Source: Podarcis tiliguerta
Taxonomy: Eukaryota
Direction: 5' to 3' (one strand)
DNA length: 64,000 bases
NCBI GenBank assembly: GCA_965153285.1
Contig: OZ229116.1
Shown: in pieces, positions 1 to 12,624 of the stretch
Layout of the letters: each line of letters opens with the position of its first letter
How positions within the stretch are numbered: position 1 is the stretch's first letter
The notes under the pieces: model-generated
Seen by the model: the letters and a program-made list of their open reading frames with translations, nothing else
Told to the model about the DNA's origin: nothing
The model's database searches: none
Translations under genes and position numbers: made by a program

Positions 1-660
1 AAATCAGGCTGAGCTATATATAGCATTGTTGATTTCCATGGGTCCCCACTGAGCACACACCCAAAAGTTTTGTTTCAAGTGAATCATGTTAACAGACAAA
101 CTGTCTAATGAACCTGAAATATTTTTGCAAAGGAAAAAGCAGCCAATCTGGGCTTCCCCAAGCTGAACAAATCGGTGTTTTCTTCTGGTCATCTGTACAC
201 AAGAGAATCTAGAGCTCAGGAAAATCAAACCCAGTTAAGCACCCTTGAAACCTCTTATAACATTGTCTGATTCTGCCTGTGCTGGTGATATAACTGGGCA
301 CAGCAGCAAGCGGGTTAGAAGGTGAAGGTTAATTTCCCCCCAAAATAGTAATGGGGATATGAAAGGTATACAGAGGCTTTGCAATGTGTTCTCCCCAGTT
401 CTGGCTCTCTGATTTCTTGAACCTCAGATCACAACCCACACTGTTCCTATTGTACTTTCCCCAAACAGCTGGGCTCCTGCAGCAGCCACCATTTCCTTTT
501 ACACTTGTCTTGAAACCTTGTGCTTACCCCCAAAAAAGACAAACGATGGGTGCAGAGATTGCATTATAGCTTTCCTACCATCAGAAAACACAAGGGGTTA
601 TACAAGTTAGTCTTTCAGGACATTAAACATAAGAACTAGAACCAAGTGCTCCCATTTCAG

Positions 661-772
661 CATGGGCATAGCCAGGATTTTTGTGGGGGGGTGGCAGAAC
701 CTCAGTTATCTATGCATTTTTATTGATTAGGGGGCAACTGCCCCTCCCTGCCCTCCCTTGGTTACACCCATG
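661..772. mobile_element. Short non-autonomous hAT-type MITE
   Basis: Imperfect TIRs CATGGGCATAGCCA / TGGTTACACCCATG and a perfect 8-bp TSD CATTTCAG (653-660, 773-780). Confidence 0.85.
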
Positions 773-1599
773 CATTTCAGTGCCTTAGAACCAAAAAAGA
801 AAGATTGTTTAAAAAGGGTTAAAAGCTGGTAATGAAAGTAGAAACCAATGAGATACATACAAGAACATGTTTAATTACTCACATTTGGAATACTAAGCAG
901 GCCCAAGGCTAAATAAAGAAAGAATGGGTTATAACCAATGAAGTTTTTTAGTGCAAGGACTTCCACCTGCACAAAGAGTTTAAAAATCATTAAGTTTTAA
1001 AATCCATTTTAACCCCCTCCGATATGCCACTTCCTGAGTGAAAACCCCACCCTTTTAAAAAGATGGAAAAGCAGCAATAAAGACCTTTCTACTCATAGAA
1101 ATTGTGCTACTCTTAAATTTTTCTGGGGTGAGGGACATATTCCAAATGGGAATTTATTATGAGTGTGTCTGCATGATGTTCTCATCTTCCAATGCCAGCC
1201 TGCCCTTTCTTTAGATTTAATCCACAGTTCCCGTTACCATATAAAATCCTAATTTTGGTAGGCAGCTTGCCATGTGTGGTGATGATGTTTTGGGTGGGTG
1301 GCCTCAATTGCTACACCCATTTGCTCCTCACTCGAGCACAATCTCGGCCATTTTGTTTCCGTCAGCCCAAACAATATGAGCATGCCTATTTCCACCAATA
1401 GCCGTGTGCTGAAGGCACAGCCCGGTTACAAGTCAGCTTTCAGAGGAGCTGTTCTCTCAAGACCTTCACACAGTGCATGTGGAGTGGAGGGGAATCGCCT
1501 CAAAGAATAGTACTCCATGCCTCAGGCATTTGACTATGGCAGCAGACAGAATTGTCTGGCACTGAAGAGGCTGAAGCAGGAGCTACTCCCTTTTCTCAT

Positions 1600-1746
1600 G
1601 ATGTGACTCATAGCCATGTCAGTCATGACAGAAGGGGATAAAAATACCATAAGTTACAGCTTGCTGAGGCTGCAGCTCCCGAGAGAGAGAGAGAAAGTCA
1701 CTTTAGACATTTGTTCAGCTTGTCTGGCGACCGAGGGCCGGTGAGT
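1600..1746 (+). promoter_or_regulatory. Putative promoter and non-coding first exon ending at a 5' splice site
   Basis: AP-1 site TGACTCA (1604-1610), TGTCAGTCA (1617-1625), TATA-like GATAAAAA (~1637-1644), locally retained CpGs at 1680-1960, donor CCG|GTGAGT at 1740/1741. Confidence 0.35.
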
Positions 1747-2954
1747 GTGTAAGAAAGTGAGCTGGAAAGCGGACAGTTTGTGCTGCGACCAGAAGGACAG
1801 GAAACATTGAGGCTTTCTGCAGCGGTGGTTAGTTTGAGATAATGCCATTGTATAACCAGGCCGAGCGACCTCTCCCAGTGCTGAGAGCCCAGAGCTTGGC
1901 GTCTGGCTGCTTGGCCTGTGGCCAGCTTTAGGCTCTCCAGTCTGGAGCAGGGGGGCGGAGGGTGTGGATCCCTCCCCAGCAGCTCCCCACAAAGAGCTGG
2001 CCACACCTCACCTTGCAAAGGAAATCTGGCTACAGCTCCAGACTTTGTGGCTTCTTCATGATGAGGGCTGCACCCACCCACCCACTCCCTTTGCTGGGGT
2101 TTTGCACCATCCGCCTTACAGTATGAGGGAACTATTTAAAGTTGCAATGAATAACAGATCCAGTGACAGGATTGTTGGAGAAACTCCTGCTTTGCTACGG
2201 CACAGTGGATTTTGGGGAGTGAATCAACAACAACACTGCCTTTGGCATTGCACAAAAGCGTCACTTTGTTAATGCCCGTTCTCCCACACCACACAAGGTC
2301 ATACATTTAAAGCCTTCTTATACCACCTTAGCAGACACGGCTTCCTTCAAAAAATCCTTGGGACTGTACTAAGCCAGTCTAAATGCAGTGCATTTGAAAG
2401 ATCTCTCTATCAACGTTGCATCCAGAAGATCAAATTAACACACTGAAATCTTCTCTTTCTCTCTCTCTCTCTTACATTTTGTTTTTTGTTTTTAATCAAA
2501 TACAAATACAAGAACTCTTAAAACACTTATCCAGCAGTACATCTAATGCTGTTTGTTTTATCCGTTTACTCTTAACATAAATTTACACATTCAACATTCA
2601 AACGTATTACTTAACGTAACCTCTTCACTAAGAATATTGAGTGGTTGGTATAACTTGAAATCGGTCACCTCACTTCACAAATTTAAGATTCAAGGTACCA
2701 CCATGCCATTAAAACCAATGGACATTTTGCTCTTGTTTTAAATGGGATGTGGATTGTTAAAGGTCAGTCGAACTAATAGCACATTAATGATTTCATTACT
2801 CTAGTCAATGTGCTATTTATTGGTGGCAGAATTTGGCTTATTCAAGAAGTATTCATAATCTTGAACATGTGGATTTAGCCTGACCTCCTCAGAGGTATTC
2901 CGGGGCTGCTTCCTGAATTTTCTTTTTTCAGTGGAAGTCCTTCAAGGAAGAGCA

Positions 2955-3120
2955 GAGGCTCCAGCACAGTGGTATGGCACATGTTCTGCATGCAGTCTTC
3001 AATGCCTAGTTTCTCCAGATTGGGCAGTTGGAAAACCTGGAGACTTGCTACTGGTTATAGTAGACAATAAAGGTCTAGAGGGACCAATGGTTTGACTCAC
3101 TGTAAGTCAGTTTTCTACGG
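2955..3120 (+). mobile_element. Degenerate squamate tRNA-derived SINE (Squam3-like)
   Basis: A-box-like CAGTGGTA head; body CCTGGAGA..GCT..AGTAGACAATA..CTAGA.GGACCAATGGT.TGACT shared with copies at ~28030, ~53045, ~58058 and ~16640. Confidence 0.55.
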
Positions 3121-5252
3121 AATCTAACCAAAACATTTATGTTGCAGTCATTTAAGAACATTCTGGTGCTACTTTTGCTAATGCAGAATTAGTGTTTCTG
3201 GTAGAGAGAAAGGGTTTAAAATAAAATTAGAGCGATTGTCTAAATCAGATTTTGGGTGTGGTAGATATAAACCTTAGTAAAGGGCTCAGTATCATAACCA
3301 TTGGATGTGGAATCCACAGAAAAAGTACTAGGAAACCTAGAAAATCCTATGCATGCCCCGTTCTCAGTCCTCATGAACATTCACTGGAGGGAGGACATTT
3401 CTGTTGAGATGCAGCCCCTCAGGTGTAATCTGTCAGGTGCCAGATGCTGTCAGTGAGGAGGGCAAAAATCAGTGGTGTGGGGGGCACCCCTTCTCTCCCC
3501 CCCTACCCCCAAAGAGCAGGTTCCCCATCCTGGCCCTGACATAGACCATCATGTGCTGGATTCCACCTGTGGTCCATCACCAGACATGCCACATGAATGA
3601 AACTTGCACTAGTGTGCCAAAAGCTGAATAAGATACAGTGGTGGCAACCAGCTGGTCTGGCCACTGACATGTGCTGGATTTTCCTATGGCCCAAATAGTG
3701 TGGGAATCGGCTCCATGCAGCAGCCCTTCCTTGACCTCGCTGCAACTCAACGATTGTCTCCTCCTTTGCACTGATCCACCTGGTTGTCCGTACAAATATT
3801 TGCCTCTGCAGGGCAAGGAAGTGGCAATTTTTGAAGGGAGCTGGTAGCAAGACACACAACATCTCAGCTCTCTGTGTCAACACTGAAAAACAAACAATAG
3901 CTGCTAAGGGAGAACGTAAGCATTCATGTGACAGGGTGCACACAGTTGCTCATGACCGTGACCTACACACTTTATCACTGTTCAATCTGCATTGTGAATG
4001 CTGGGACTGTGTCAGGGAACTTGGCAGGAAAACCACCCTGGGGAGTGGGGGGGGGGGGGCGGGAGGCTTCTCTGTAATATGCAAGGAGCTCACTGTTACA
4101 TGCACGCCTAAAGGTATTTATGAAGCTTCTTACTTTCCATTTTGTTGGCTTTTCCCTACTTGGTGGTTCACGTCCCTAAGGGGCTCCACTCATTTTCAGA
4201 AACAGATCTCTCATCTTACATTTGCACTGAGGCACGTCAAAGCTATGCCACCTCTCTGTTTGGTCTGCTTGATCTCCCACTGCTATCAGTAGTTGATGGT
4301 GCTCCCCTGGGAGGGGTCAGGTGGGCAGAAGAAGATGGAAAGGAAAAGCTGAGCTGATATTCCTGCAGTAAGATTCATAAGTTGCTTTTATTTTAAAAGC
4401 CTAAGGTTTTCTCCATTCCCCCCACCCCTTACAAACTGAAAAAGGGTTGAGAAGAAAAACTTTTAACTAACAATTTACCTGATTGTCTTTGAAGTGCTGT
4501 ATTCATTTTGTAAGGGTCGTGTGTATTTTTATACCGGTATTTATGAAACCAATAAAAAGTAAGTTGAAAAAGAACAGCTTGACTATATGGTCTACCAACA
4601 GGTTCAATTCACTGATTAAATGAAAAGTAAGTTTTAAAAGCACAGTTTGGCTATATAGCCTACCAATCAATGCACTGATTAGAAACCTTTTGAATGATTA
4701 AAAACCTGTCTGAAACAAAAACAGGCAGAAGGTTGGGGAGGAGGAGAGGGAAAGGCAAAACAAAAAATTGGGGTGTGTGTGGAATGGAATATTGTGGAGG
4801 AGGACATGGCTGATCCACTAAAACATTGAACATAGTTGCACTCCCCCACCCAATACTTTTGAAGATCACACTTGCTGAGCTACATTGTGAATTGAGAAGA
4901 AGCATGCATGCATCTTTGATGGCAGCCAACTCCATGGTTGGGCAGGAGAGTTCCTTTTGAAATGAAGTCCAGCTTGCCCATTTTACTAGGCTGTTGGCTG
5001 CAGTAAAAATGTTCGAAATGCTTTTTTCCTCATGTCTGCAATTGTTTCACAGGCTGCAATCAGTTAGGACGGCAGACAAACATTTTTGCTTTGTTACAAG
5101 TAGCAGCCAGCTGTAGATTTATTGGAGACAAACTTGGCCAGCAAAGTTTGCTGTTACAAACTTGATGGGGTAGGTCCACATTTCCTTGGGAGGATATGAC
5201 CAAGAGCTGTCTGAAAGCTGTGAGGAAGAGGCAATCATCTGCTCCTTTACAC

Positions 5253-5368
5253 CAGGTGTGGGAAACCTTTGGCCAGCTGCCTGTTGCTGAACTACAACTC
5301 CCATCAGTCCCCACAAGCATGGTCAATGGGATGATGGGAATTGTAGTTCAACAAATTCCCCATGCCTG
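5253..5368. mobile_element. Palindromic hAT-derived MITE
   Basis: CAGG...CCTG termini, internal inverted ACTACAACTCCCATCA / TGATGGGAATTGTAGT, 7/8 TSD CTTTACAC / CTTTCCAC. Confidence 0.75.
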
Positions 5369-6409
5369 CTTTCCACAAAGCACCAAACAACATGAGATGC
5401 TGCCCATCTGTGATTGGATCACTCTCTAAAAAATAAAAATAAAATACAGCTATGCAGGGAGCATATTGGGTCAGGGCTCACCTCTATAGCATTTTCCAGA
5501 CCTAAATTACCCACCACAAACCACTATTAGCACCATAAGAGAATATAGATAGATAGTTATAAATATAGATGCATATTTAAATGGATAAATTGCAGTGGTG
5601 GGACAGGCAATTGACAACAGGAAAAGGCATGGGGTGGGGGGAAGTAACTTACCTTCCCAAAAGCAACGATGCCAGTCTAAATCAGATGGGGTGGTGGAAT
5701 GACTGCTCTTAAAAGAAAATTAGACAAGATGGAAAATCCATCCACTGACCTCCAAAATCTCATCTTGTTTGGTCCCAACTCAGTAGGAAAATAAGAAGGG
5801 GGGGGGGAGAGATCCAAGAATGCCAGGAATGATGTTCTGCTTTCATTTGGTGCTATTATTAATCATTGGCAGATAGAGCCCTTTCATCTGTGACCTTTCC
5901 CCTCGAGAAAGTCTCTGTGCTGTAGTCATAAGGTGTGTGGTGAGACACTCCGCATGGTAAGTGTACACTCAGCTGGCGACAGGGAGCTGGAGATCAATAC
6001 AGTGGGGTGGTTGGTGGCCATAGATTGTGCAGGAGATGCCACAGTGAGGTGTAGAGATCAATAGCTAGGTCTGTAACAGATAGGAATAGCAGCACCTTTC
6101 TTCCCAGACCCAAAGGCCCTAAAGTGGGAAGAGCTGGTGGTTGGTATAATATTGATATTATGGCACAAAACAAGCAAAGTCTGAGAATATTGGAAGGAAA
6201 GTGTTTTTGGAATTATTGAGAAATGCTTTGCCCTTGGCCAGGTCTTTTTGAAGGAAGAGTTTTCCGCTGGGAAGCCTCATGACAAATATATAACAAATGG
6301 GCTTCAGAATGGGAGCAATTTGCAACACTTATGCTTTCCTCCTAACCTGACTTAAAGCTTAAGCCCTGTAGCCCATGCTGGAAACTCTTCCTGACCCAAA
6401 TCAGCTTCA

Positions 6410-6750
6410 CAGAACCGTAGAATAATAGCACTGTAGAGTCGGAAGGGAAGCCAAGGGTCGTCTAGTCCAACCCCCTGCAATGCAGGAATAACAGCTAAAG
6501 AATCTCTGATAGACGACCATTCAACCACCAATGAATGAGACTCTGTCAAACAGCTCTTACCATCAAAAAGTTATTCCTAATGGTTGACTCAGGATCTCCT
6601 TTCTTGAATCCACTGGCTCAGATCCTGCCCACTGGAGCAACAGAAAACAAGCTTGCTCCAGCTTCCATGTGACAGCCCTTTAAATATTTGATGGCTATAA
6701 TATAAGACCTCAGGCTTCTATTCTGTAGCCTTAACTTACTCAGCTTCCAT
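6410..6750 (-). mobile_element. CR1 LINE 3' fragment
   Basis: Reverse complement resembles the 3' end of the CR1 at 48584-49513 (GGGGTTGGACTAGA...; AGCTTGTTTTCTGTTGCTCCA). Confidence 0.75.
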
Positions 6751-8404
6751 GGAACAATGTCCCTTACCCAGCTCTGTCCGTGTCTACTTCCAGAATCCCA
6801 TTTGACTTGACTTCTGCCTATCAGCTAATATAGGATTGTGAACATGGGGCTTCTCCGCAGGTCAGCTGCCCTGATGGCCTCAGTGCAAAGGCAAATGTAC
6901 AGCTCTTTAAAGAGCTCTGGTGCTGAAACAGTGTGGATCAAAGAACTGGATACATTGTTCATTATGGTTTATCTTCTCTTGTCATTGCTTAGACATGACC
7001 CAAGACAACAACATTATGCACTGATGCTGCTGCACGCCTCTTTCTTTCCCCAACCATGGTGTGCTTCCCAACCATTATTTGTTGGGAAGACAAACAGAAG
7101 AGAGGACAGCCCCTCTTTCCCCCTTAATCTTGTGAGCAACGTTTAGTCTCAGGAGCTCCAGATCACTGAACTATCCTTTACCATTGATTCACAAAGGTTG
7201 GGGCTCTTCTGAGAAAAGTGTGATCACAGTTACTTCTCTTCCTCACACTGTCAGAGGATGATGCTTCAGCTACAGTGGCCACAGTCCAGTACTTGGACAT
7301 GAAAGCTCTCAATGGACTAATTCACCATCCAGGACTGCATATATGAATACTAGGCAGGTTGTTTACAGATTAATTGACCAAATTACATGGGATGGTGGCA
7401 GACCTATGTTTTTAAGCAGCTAAGGCTGCAATCATATGCAAACCTGGGGTCAAATTTGACATTCACTTGATATGTAGCATGCAGCTACTTTTCACTTTTT
7501 TTCTTACTAAAATTCCATCATGGAGGAAGGGGAAGCCAATCACTATTGCAAAGGCAGCATGTAAGGAGGGAGGTTTAGCTCAGTTTTCTCCAAAGGAGCA
7601 GTTTATTGAGTATTCATCCTGGTTTGCTTATGCAAAGCAGGATGATTGTTCTGATTGTTCTGATTTGTTTGCAGGGAAGTTATACGGAAATGCGCATTCA
7701 TCCTGATTTGCTTGTATGGTGTTTATAAGTCTTTCTGCTTGTTCATATCACACATTTCTCAATACATTTCCATGTCACCTTCCTAACTGCAAAAGGTCTG
7801 CTTTTTTATTGTTTTGCTGCACTAGAGTGTTGGAGCGTTTTAACACACTTTAGTTCTTCGTACCTAAATTTCTGGTATTCACTTGAATCTCTCCTGCAAA
7901 ATACTTACAGTCTCAAGGTGGCCCATTTCTTCCTCAGCATGTCCTTTCCCCTGGACATGACTAGAAGTCTAAGGGGGAAATTCCCTGTTACATACATAAC
8001 TGTGTATATTTATTCTGTGTACTGTATATACATTTTAAAAATATATTTTAAAAAGACTCCACATCCACACCATGGATGGAATTAAATGTAGTGCTAAGTG
8101 GGTTGTGTGCATGGAAAAGAGGTCCAGTCTTGCAGTGAGACTTTCCCACCCTCTACTGCTCCCATCTGCTCCTAAACCTGTTATAAGTTTCCGTCAACAC
8201 TCCAGATCAGATTTAGGGGGCAGTGGCAGAGGTGGGTTTAGGGGAGTACGGCTGGTTTGGTTGCACTGGGTGAGGGCCACGGGGTTGCCGTAGGGGGCGC
8301 TGCAACTATGATGGAGAGAATGGAGAGCGAGAGGCAGAGGGCGTTGGGAGGGGGAGGAGAAGGCCAAGTCCTGTTGCATGAGTGGACTTCATTCCATGCA
8401 CACA

Positions 8405-8600
8405 ACAACTTCGTCAAATCCCACCCCATACATTTAAAGCTCTAATACCCCACTTCATGGCTTCCTACAAAGAATCCTGGGAACTGCAGTTTGTTAAGGG
8501 TGCTGAGAATTATTGAGACACCCCCATTCTCCTTACAGAGCCACAATTCCCAGAGTTCCCAGGTAAATGGGACTGATTTTAAACAACGCTGCAAATTGCC
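8405..8600. repeat. Degenerate interspersed squamate repeat (probable non-autonomous DNA element)
   Basis: Core ATGGCTTCC..AAAGAATCCTGGGAACTG.AGTTTGTTAAGGGT recurs at ~2330-2370 and as an inverted pair at 57380-57650. Confidence 0.55.
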
Positions 8601-9159
8601 TGTTTAAGTGGGATAACCGAGATGTGTTGAATCAATTGCAGCACATGTATCCCCACTGTAATAGTCCACAGATACAAATACACACTGAATTTGTTTTAGT
8701 ACATTAACTACCCAACTCCTTATTTGTGCAGTAAAATCAAGAGAGTGGAAAGTTGACTCACACCCACCAAGTTGCTGACAGATATGGCTGTGCCACAATG
8801 TAAGGAAATAAAGCAATCCACCGCAACTGCAGGCTTTATGCAGCAGCCATTCAAGCTCTTCCTGATCCTGAATGGCACCTATGTCATGCTGTCTGAACCT
8901 ATTTTAAGGGTATTGTGCAGTATCTTAATTTGATCTCTCTAATCCTTTGGGGGGGAGACATTTTAAATTCTTTTAACCTATAGATTTCAAGCTCACCCCA
9001 TTCAAAATGTTTATTATTTAAACAATAGTTTAAAAATGCATATGTTAATATATTTTATCCAACACATAAAATGAATGTGTTATGATTTTACAGGATATAA
9101 ATACAGTAATGATAATAGATATGTGGCTAAAAATCTACAGACAGTGTAAAGCCAATGAG

Positions 9160-9335
9160 CTGACAGTGGTTAAGGATATAGGGTCCAGTTGTCACACAGT
9201 CATGAAGCACACTGGATACTCTTGGGTCAGTCATTATCTCTTAGCCTAACATATCTCATGGAGTTGTCATGTGGATAAAAATGGAAGAACTGAACATCTG
9301 CTTGAATGCCTTGGAGGAGATGTGGTCTATTAAAT
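9160..9335 (+). mobile_element. Old MIR/CORE-like tRNA SINE
   Basis: CACTGG...CTTGGG.CAGTCA...CTC..AGCCTAAC..A.CTCA..G.GTTGT motif shared with copies at 11250, 43670 and 53480. Confidence 0.55.
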
Positions 9336-9498
9336 AGAAAGCAAATAGGTCCTACTTTCTGGTTTGTCCTTGTTGTGCTTCATTCATCATCATCAACATC
9401 ATCATTATTCCAAACTGCTTTGAGTTTATTTTATAGGTGGATGGGCCCACATTTTTAAATAAATGAATAAATGATTTTAAATAAATGATGTTTTACTG

Positions 9499-9833
9499 CC
9501 TTCTTCTTTGGCGATCACTCATAGCCAAGTAAGATTGTCTTCCATGAACATGGTCTTATCAGTGAGTCCGTAAGTGACTGTGGAGGCCAATTCTGGATCC
9601 ACACGTCCTTCCACAGTGGGGACATAGGTTTCTGGGCAGGAATTGATCATGGTGAGGGTTTGCCAAGCGTGCTTTCCTCTTAGCACGTTTCTGCCTTTCG
9701 TCCTGAGTTTGAGTGTCTTCAAAGCCCATGACACCATTGGTAAGGGCTGTTCTCCAATTGGAGTGCTCACAGACCAGTGTTTCCCAGTTGTCGGTGTTTA
9801 TGCTACATTTTTTTAAGATTTGCCTTGAGCGTG
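9499..9833 (-). mobile_element. 5'-truncated RTE-clade LINE (ORF C-terminus, 3' UTR and short GAA tail)
   Basis: Minus strand translates ...INTDNWETL...WRTAL...CPHCGRTCGSRIGLHSHLRTH* (stop 9559-9561), with a C-terminal C2H2 finger. There is a 1-nt frameshift in an A run, a GAAGAAG tail, and a 10-bp TSD TGTTTTACTG (9489-9498, 9834-9843). Confidence 0.85.
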
Positions 9834-11249
9834 TGTTTTACTGTAAAACTAAGGGATTTGCCTTTTCCAACTTTGGGTTGAGGCCCCACTCAGGGCAGAT
9901 TCATTAGTAATTTTTGTGGTCCAGTTATGTTGCGGGAGAGTCCAATATACTTAGGGGTCAACCCAAACCTTGGCCATCAGCTGGTGAGGCTTTATGGAGT
10001 GGCAGGTCCACCACCACATCTGCTAGCCCTGCCACATATGGTGGCTGGGGAGGAAGGGTAGTGCAGGGTTATTACTGTGCCAGTCTAAAGTTGGTGCCAT
10101 GTTCCGACCAGATGCCATACGCAACAGCAATAGAACCAGCTTGGGATCCAAGACCAGCTGAGCCTCTCCCCACAACAGGAATGCCCTATTTGGGGGCTTT
10201 TTGATGACTGCTGCTGACAGGACTCTCACTGATGGTACTTCTGTTCACATGCTTGATGGGTAGGAGGGGAAATGACTCACTAGTGGAAGCCTGTCTTAGT
10301 AAAGCTGGGCAGAGGGACACCTTTGCCCACTTCAAGTCCTCCTCCCAGCCCAGCACAATGGGATTATGGATTGCTCTGTGAGGCTGTAGCACTTTGCAGT
10401 TGCCTGTCAGTTAGACCCATTAAAAACAATGGGGTTGCACTGTTAGAGCTCTTTTGACAGCATGACTCTGAAGCAAAATGGGGTGGTATAATTATAGCTA
10501 CTGATAAGTGATCACTTTGTGGCTAAGGGAGGGAAAGGATAGGAAGGTACACCTAGTACAGTATATTTTTAAACCTATGTTGTCAGGGATTAATTCTGGA
10601 GTACCAATCCAGTTATAAATTATAAACAGGACTGCCAGTTGCATGGAAAAAAAGTATTAAAGGCAGCTCATAGCAAGCTGAGCATGCTGACATTCTGATG
10701 TGGTTCACTAATTTTTCTTTATGGTCTCCATAAATTCAACTTGTTATAATTACTGTCAATAAAATTAATGAAATTGCAGGCTGCAACAAAAGGAATATCA
10801 ATCTGCAGCTTTTTATTGGGTCAGAGAGACCTTAATTTATCACAGGTACATTTTCTGCAAGGCAGAAATTTGGCCCTTAATTTCTGTTGTAAGTTCTTCA
10901 ACTGATGTTCCAAAAACACAAAAGTTATCCAGAGGACTATTGCTTGAAAGTGGAGAGAAAGCTTTACCCCATACAGAATGGGGGAGAGAGAAAGCTTTTT
11001 CCCATATAGGAATAGAAATATAGAAACAGCTCTGCTGTTAAGAGAAGAAATTGGTAAATTGGGATAATTGACTAGTTCATTAACAGGCTGAACTTCTTAT
11101 ATTGTATCATGTTTTTCTACCATGAGTTCTAACACCTGAAAACAGAAAGCACAATAGATGGTGCAAATTTATCACTTGCATTGATAAGAAGTCTTAATAT
11201 AAGTTAACCAAAAAATATAAATTGCTATTTTAAAAGAGCTAGTGAGATC

Positions 11250-11420
11250 CACTGCTTAGAGTGCTGGGAAAGGACCAAGGAGACCACGATTTCGATCCCC
11301 ACTCAGCCATGATACTCACTGGGTGACTTTGGGGTGAGTCATTCTCCCTCAGCCTAACCAATTTCACATGCCTGTTGGAGGACAAAATTAGCATGAGAAC
11401 CTTGTATGTCACCTTCTGGA
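11250..11420 (+). mobile_element. Old MIR/CORE-like tRNA SINE
   Basis: B-box-like TTCGATCCC followed by CTCAGCCATGA..CTCACTGGGTGACTTTGGG..AGTCA..CTC.CTCAGCCTAACC. Confidence 0.6.
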
Positions 11421-12384
11421 GCCCCAGATGAGATATTGAGCTGAGATTTTGATGTTATATTATTGAATTTGTGAGTTTATTAATTGACTTCCAGAAGCTG
11501 ATTTCTAACCAAATGACATCCTATGCTACTGTTTCTGTTTCTGTTGCAGATATACAATATCACAAGCTGTTGTGAGGAAAATAGTGAGGGAAGTGAAGCT
11601 ATAAAGCAGACAATATCAAATATACTCTATTATGTCTTGCTTCCTTTTTCCTGGATGCAGCCTTTTTATTAGCATTCTTAGGTGTAAACAACACACATTC
11701 AGGAAAACTAAAGAAAAGCACTGTTGATTTTGTTGTTCTCTGCAAAAAGAAAAGACCCTTCCCCCTTCTGTAATATTAGACTTTTCTTGCGCTGTAGGTC
11801 TTTTCAGTTTATTTTATTGTGTGCTTTAATTGCTTTTTCAGGTGGAATTTTGTTTTTTAGAATTGGCTATTTAGATAGAAAATCAGCCTGGATATATTTT
11901 AAATCAGTCAAAGAATCTGTAGATTTTCCAGGTTGCAACAAACATATCAAAGTTACTGTGAGTTCACTTGCAGATTCCAGTCTCTGGTTCTTATACCTTA
12001 GACAGAGCGGACACTTATGCAGTATGGTTACATCTCTACAACCTGAGACATTATCCCTTCAGTCATAAATATTAACCTTGCCTTGGGTTTTCCTGTTTAG
12101 CCATATTGAAAAACGACACCTTCTGTTCTGTAATTACAGCATATTTCATCAACACTGTCTAACAACAGCATTCAAAACAACATTAAGACAAAATAGAATG
12201 TTTCCAGGCTTCAGCAAGGCTGAACAGGCACTATCTTGTAGGACCAGCTCATGTGAAGTGCTGAGTGTTCTCCACACCTGTAGAAGTCATTCTAAGGACA
12301 AAGACTTCTTTGATAAGAAATGCATACATCAGTGCAACGACATCTGTTCACATTCATCACGCATGTTCAAATAACTGAGAAATA

Positions 12385-12624
12385 CAGTGGTACCTTGAGT
12401 TACAAACGCCTCAGGTTACGAATACTTCAGGTTACAAACTCCGCTAACCTGGAAGAGTTACCTCGAGTTGAGAACTTTGCCCCAGGATGAGAACGGAAAT
12501 TGTATGCAGGCAGCGCAGCGGCAGCAAGAGGCCCATTAGTGAAAGCACACCTCTAGTTAAGAACAGTTTCAGGTTAAGAATGGACCTCCAGAACGAATTA
12601 AGTTTGTAACTAGAGGTACCACTG
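12385..12624. mobile_element. Tigger/pogo-like (Tc1/mariner superfamily) MITE
   Basis: TIRs CAGTGGTACCT / AGGTACCACTG flanked by TA on both sides; 240 bp; homologous to five other copies in the window. Confidence 0.9.

Noticed and set aside
11842-11957. + strand exon candidate (GILFFRIGYLDRKSAWIYF...|GTGAGT)
   Set aside because: AT-rich, unrecognised peptide, competing internal AGs and no supporting neighbours; not distinguishable from chance.
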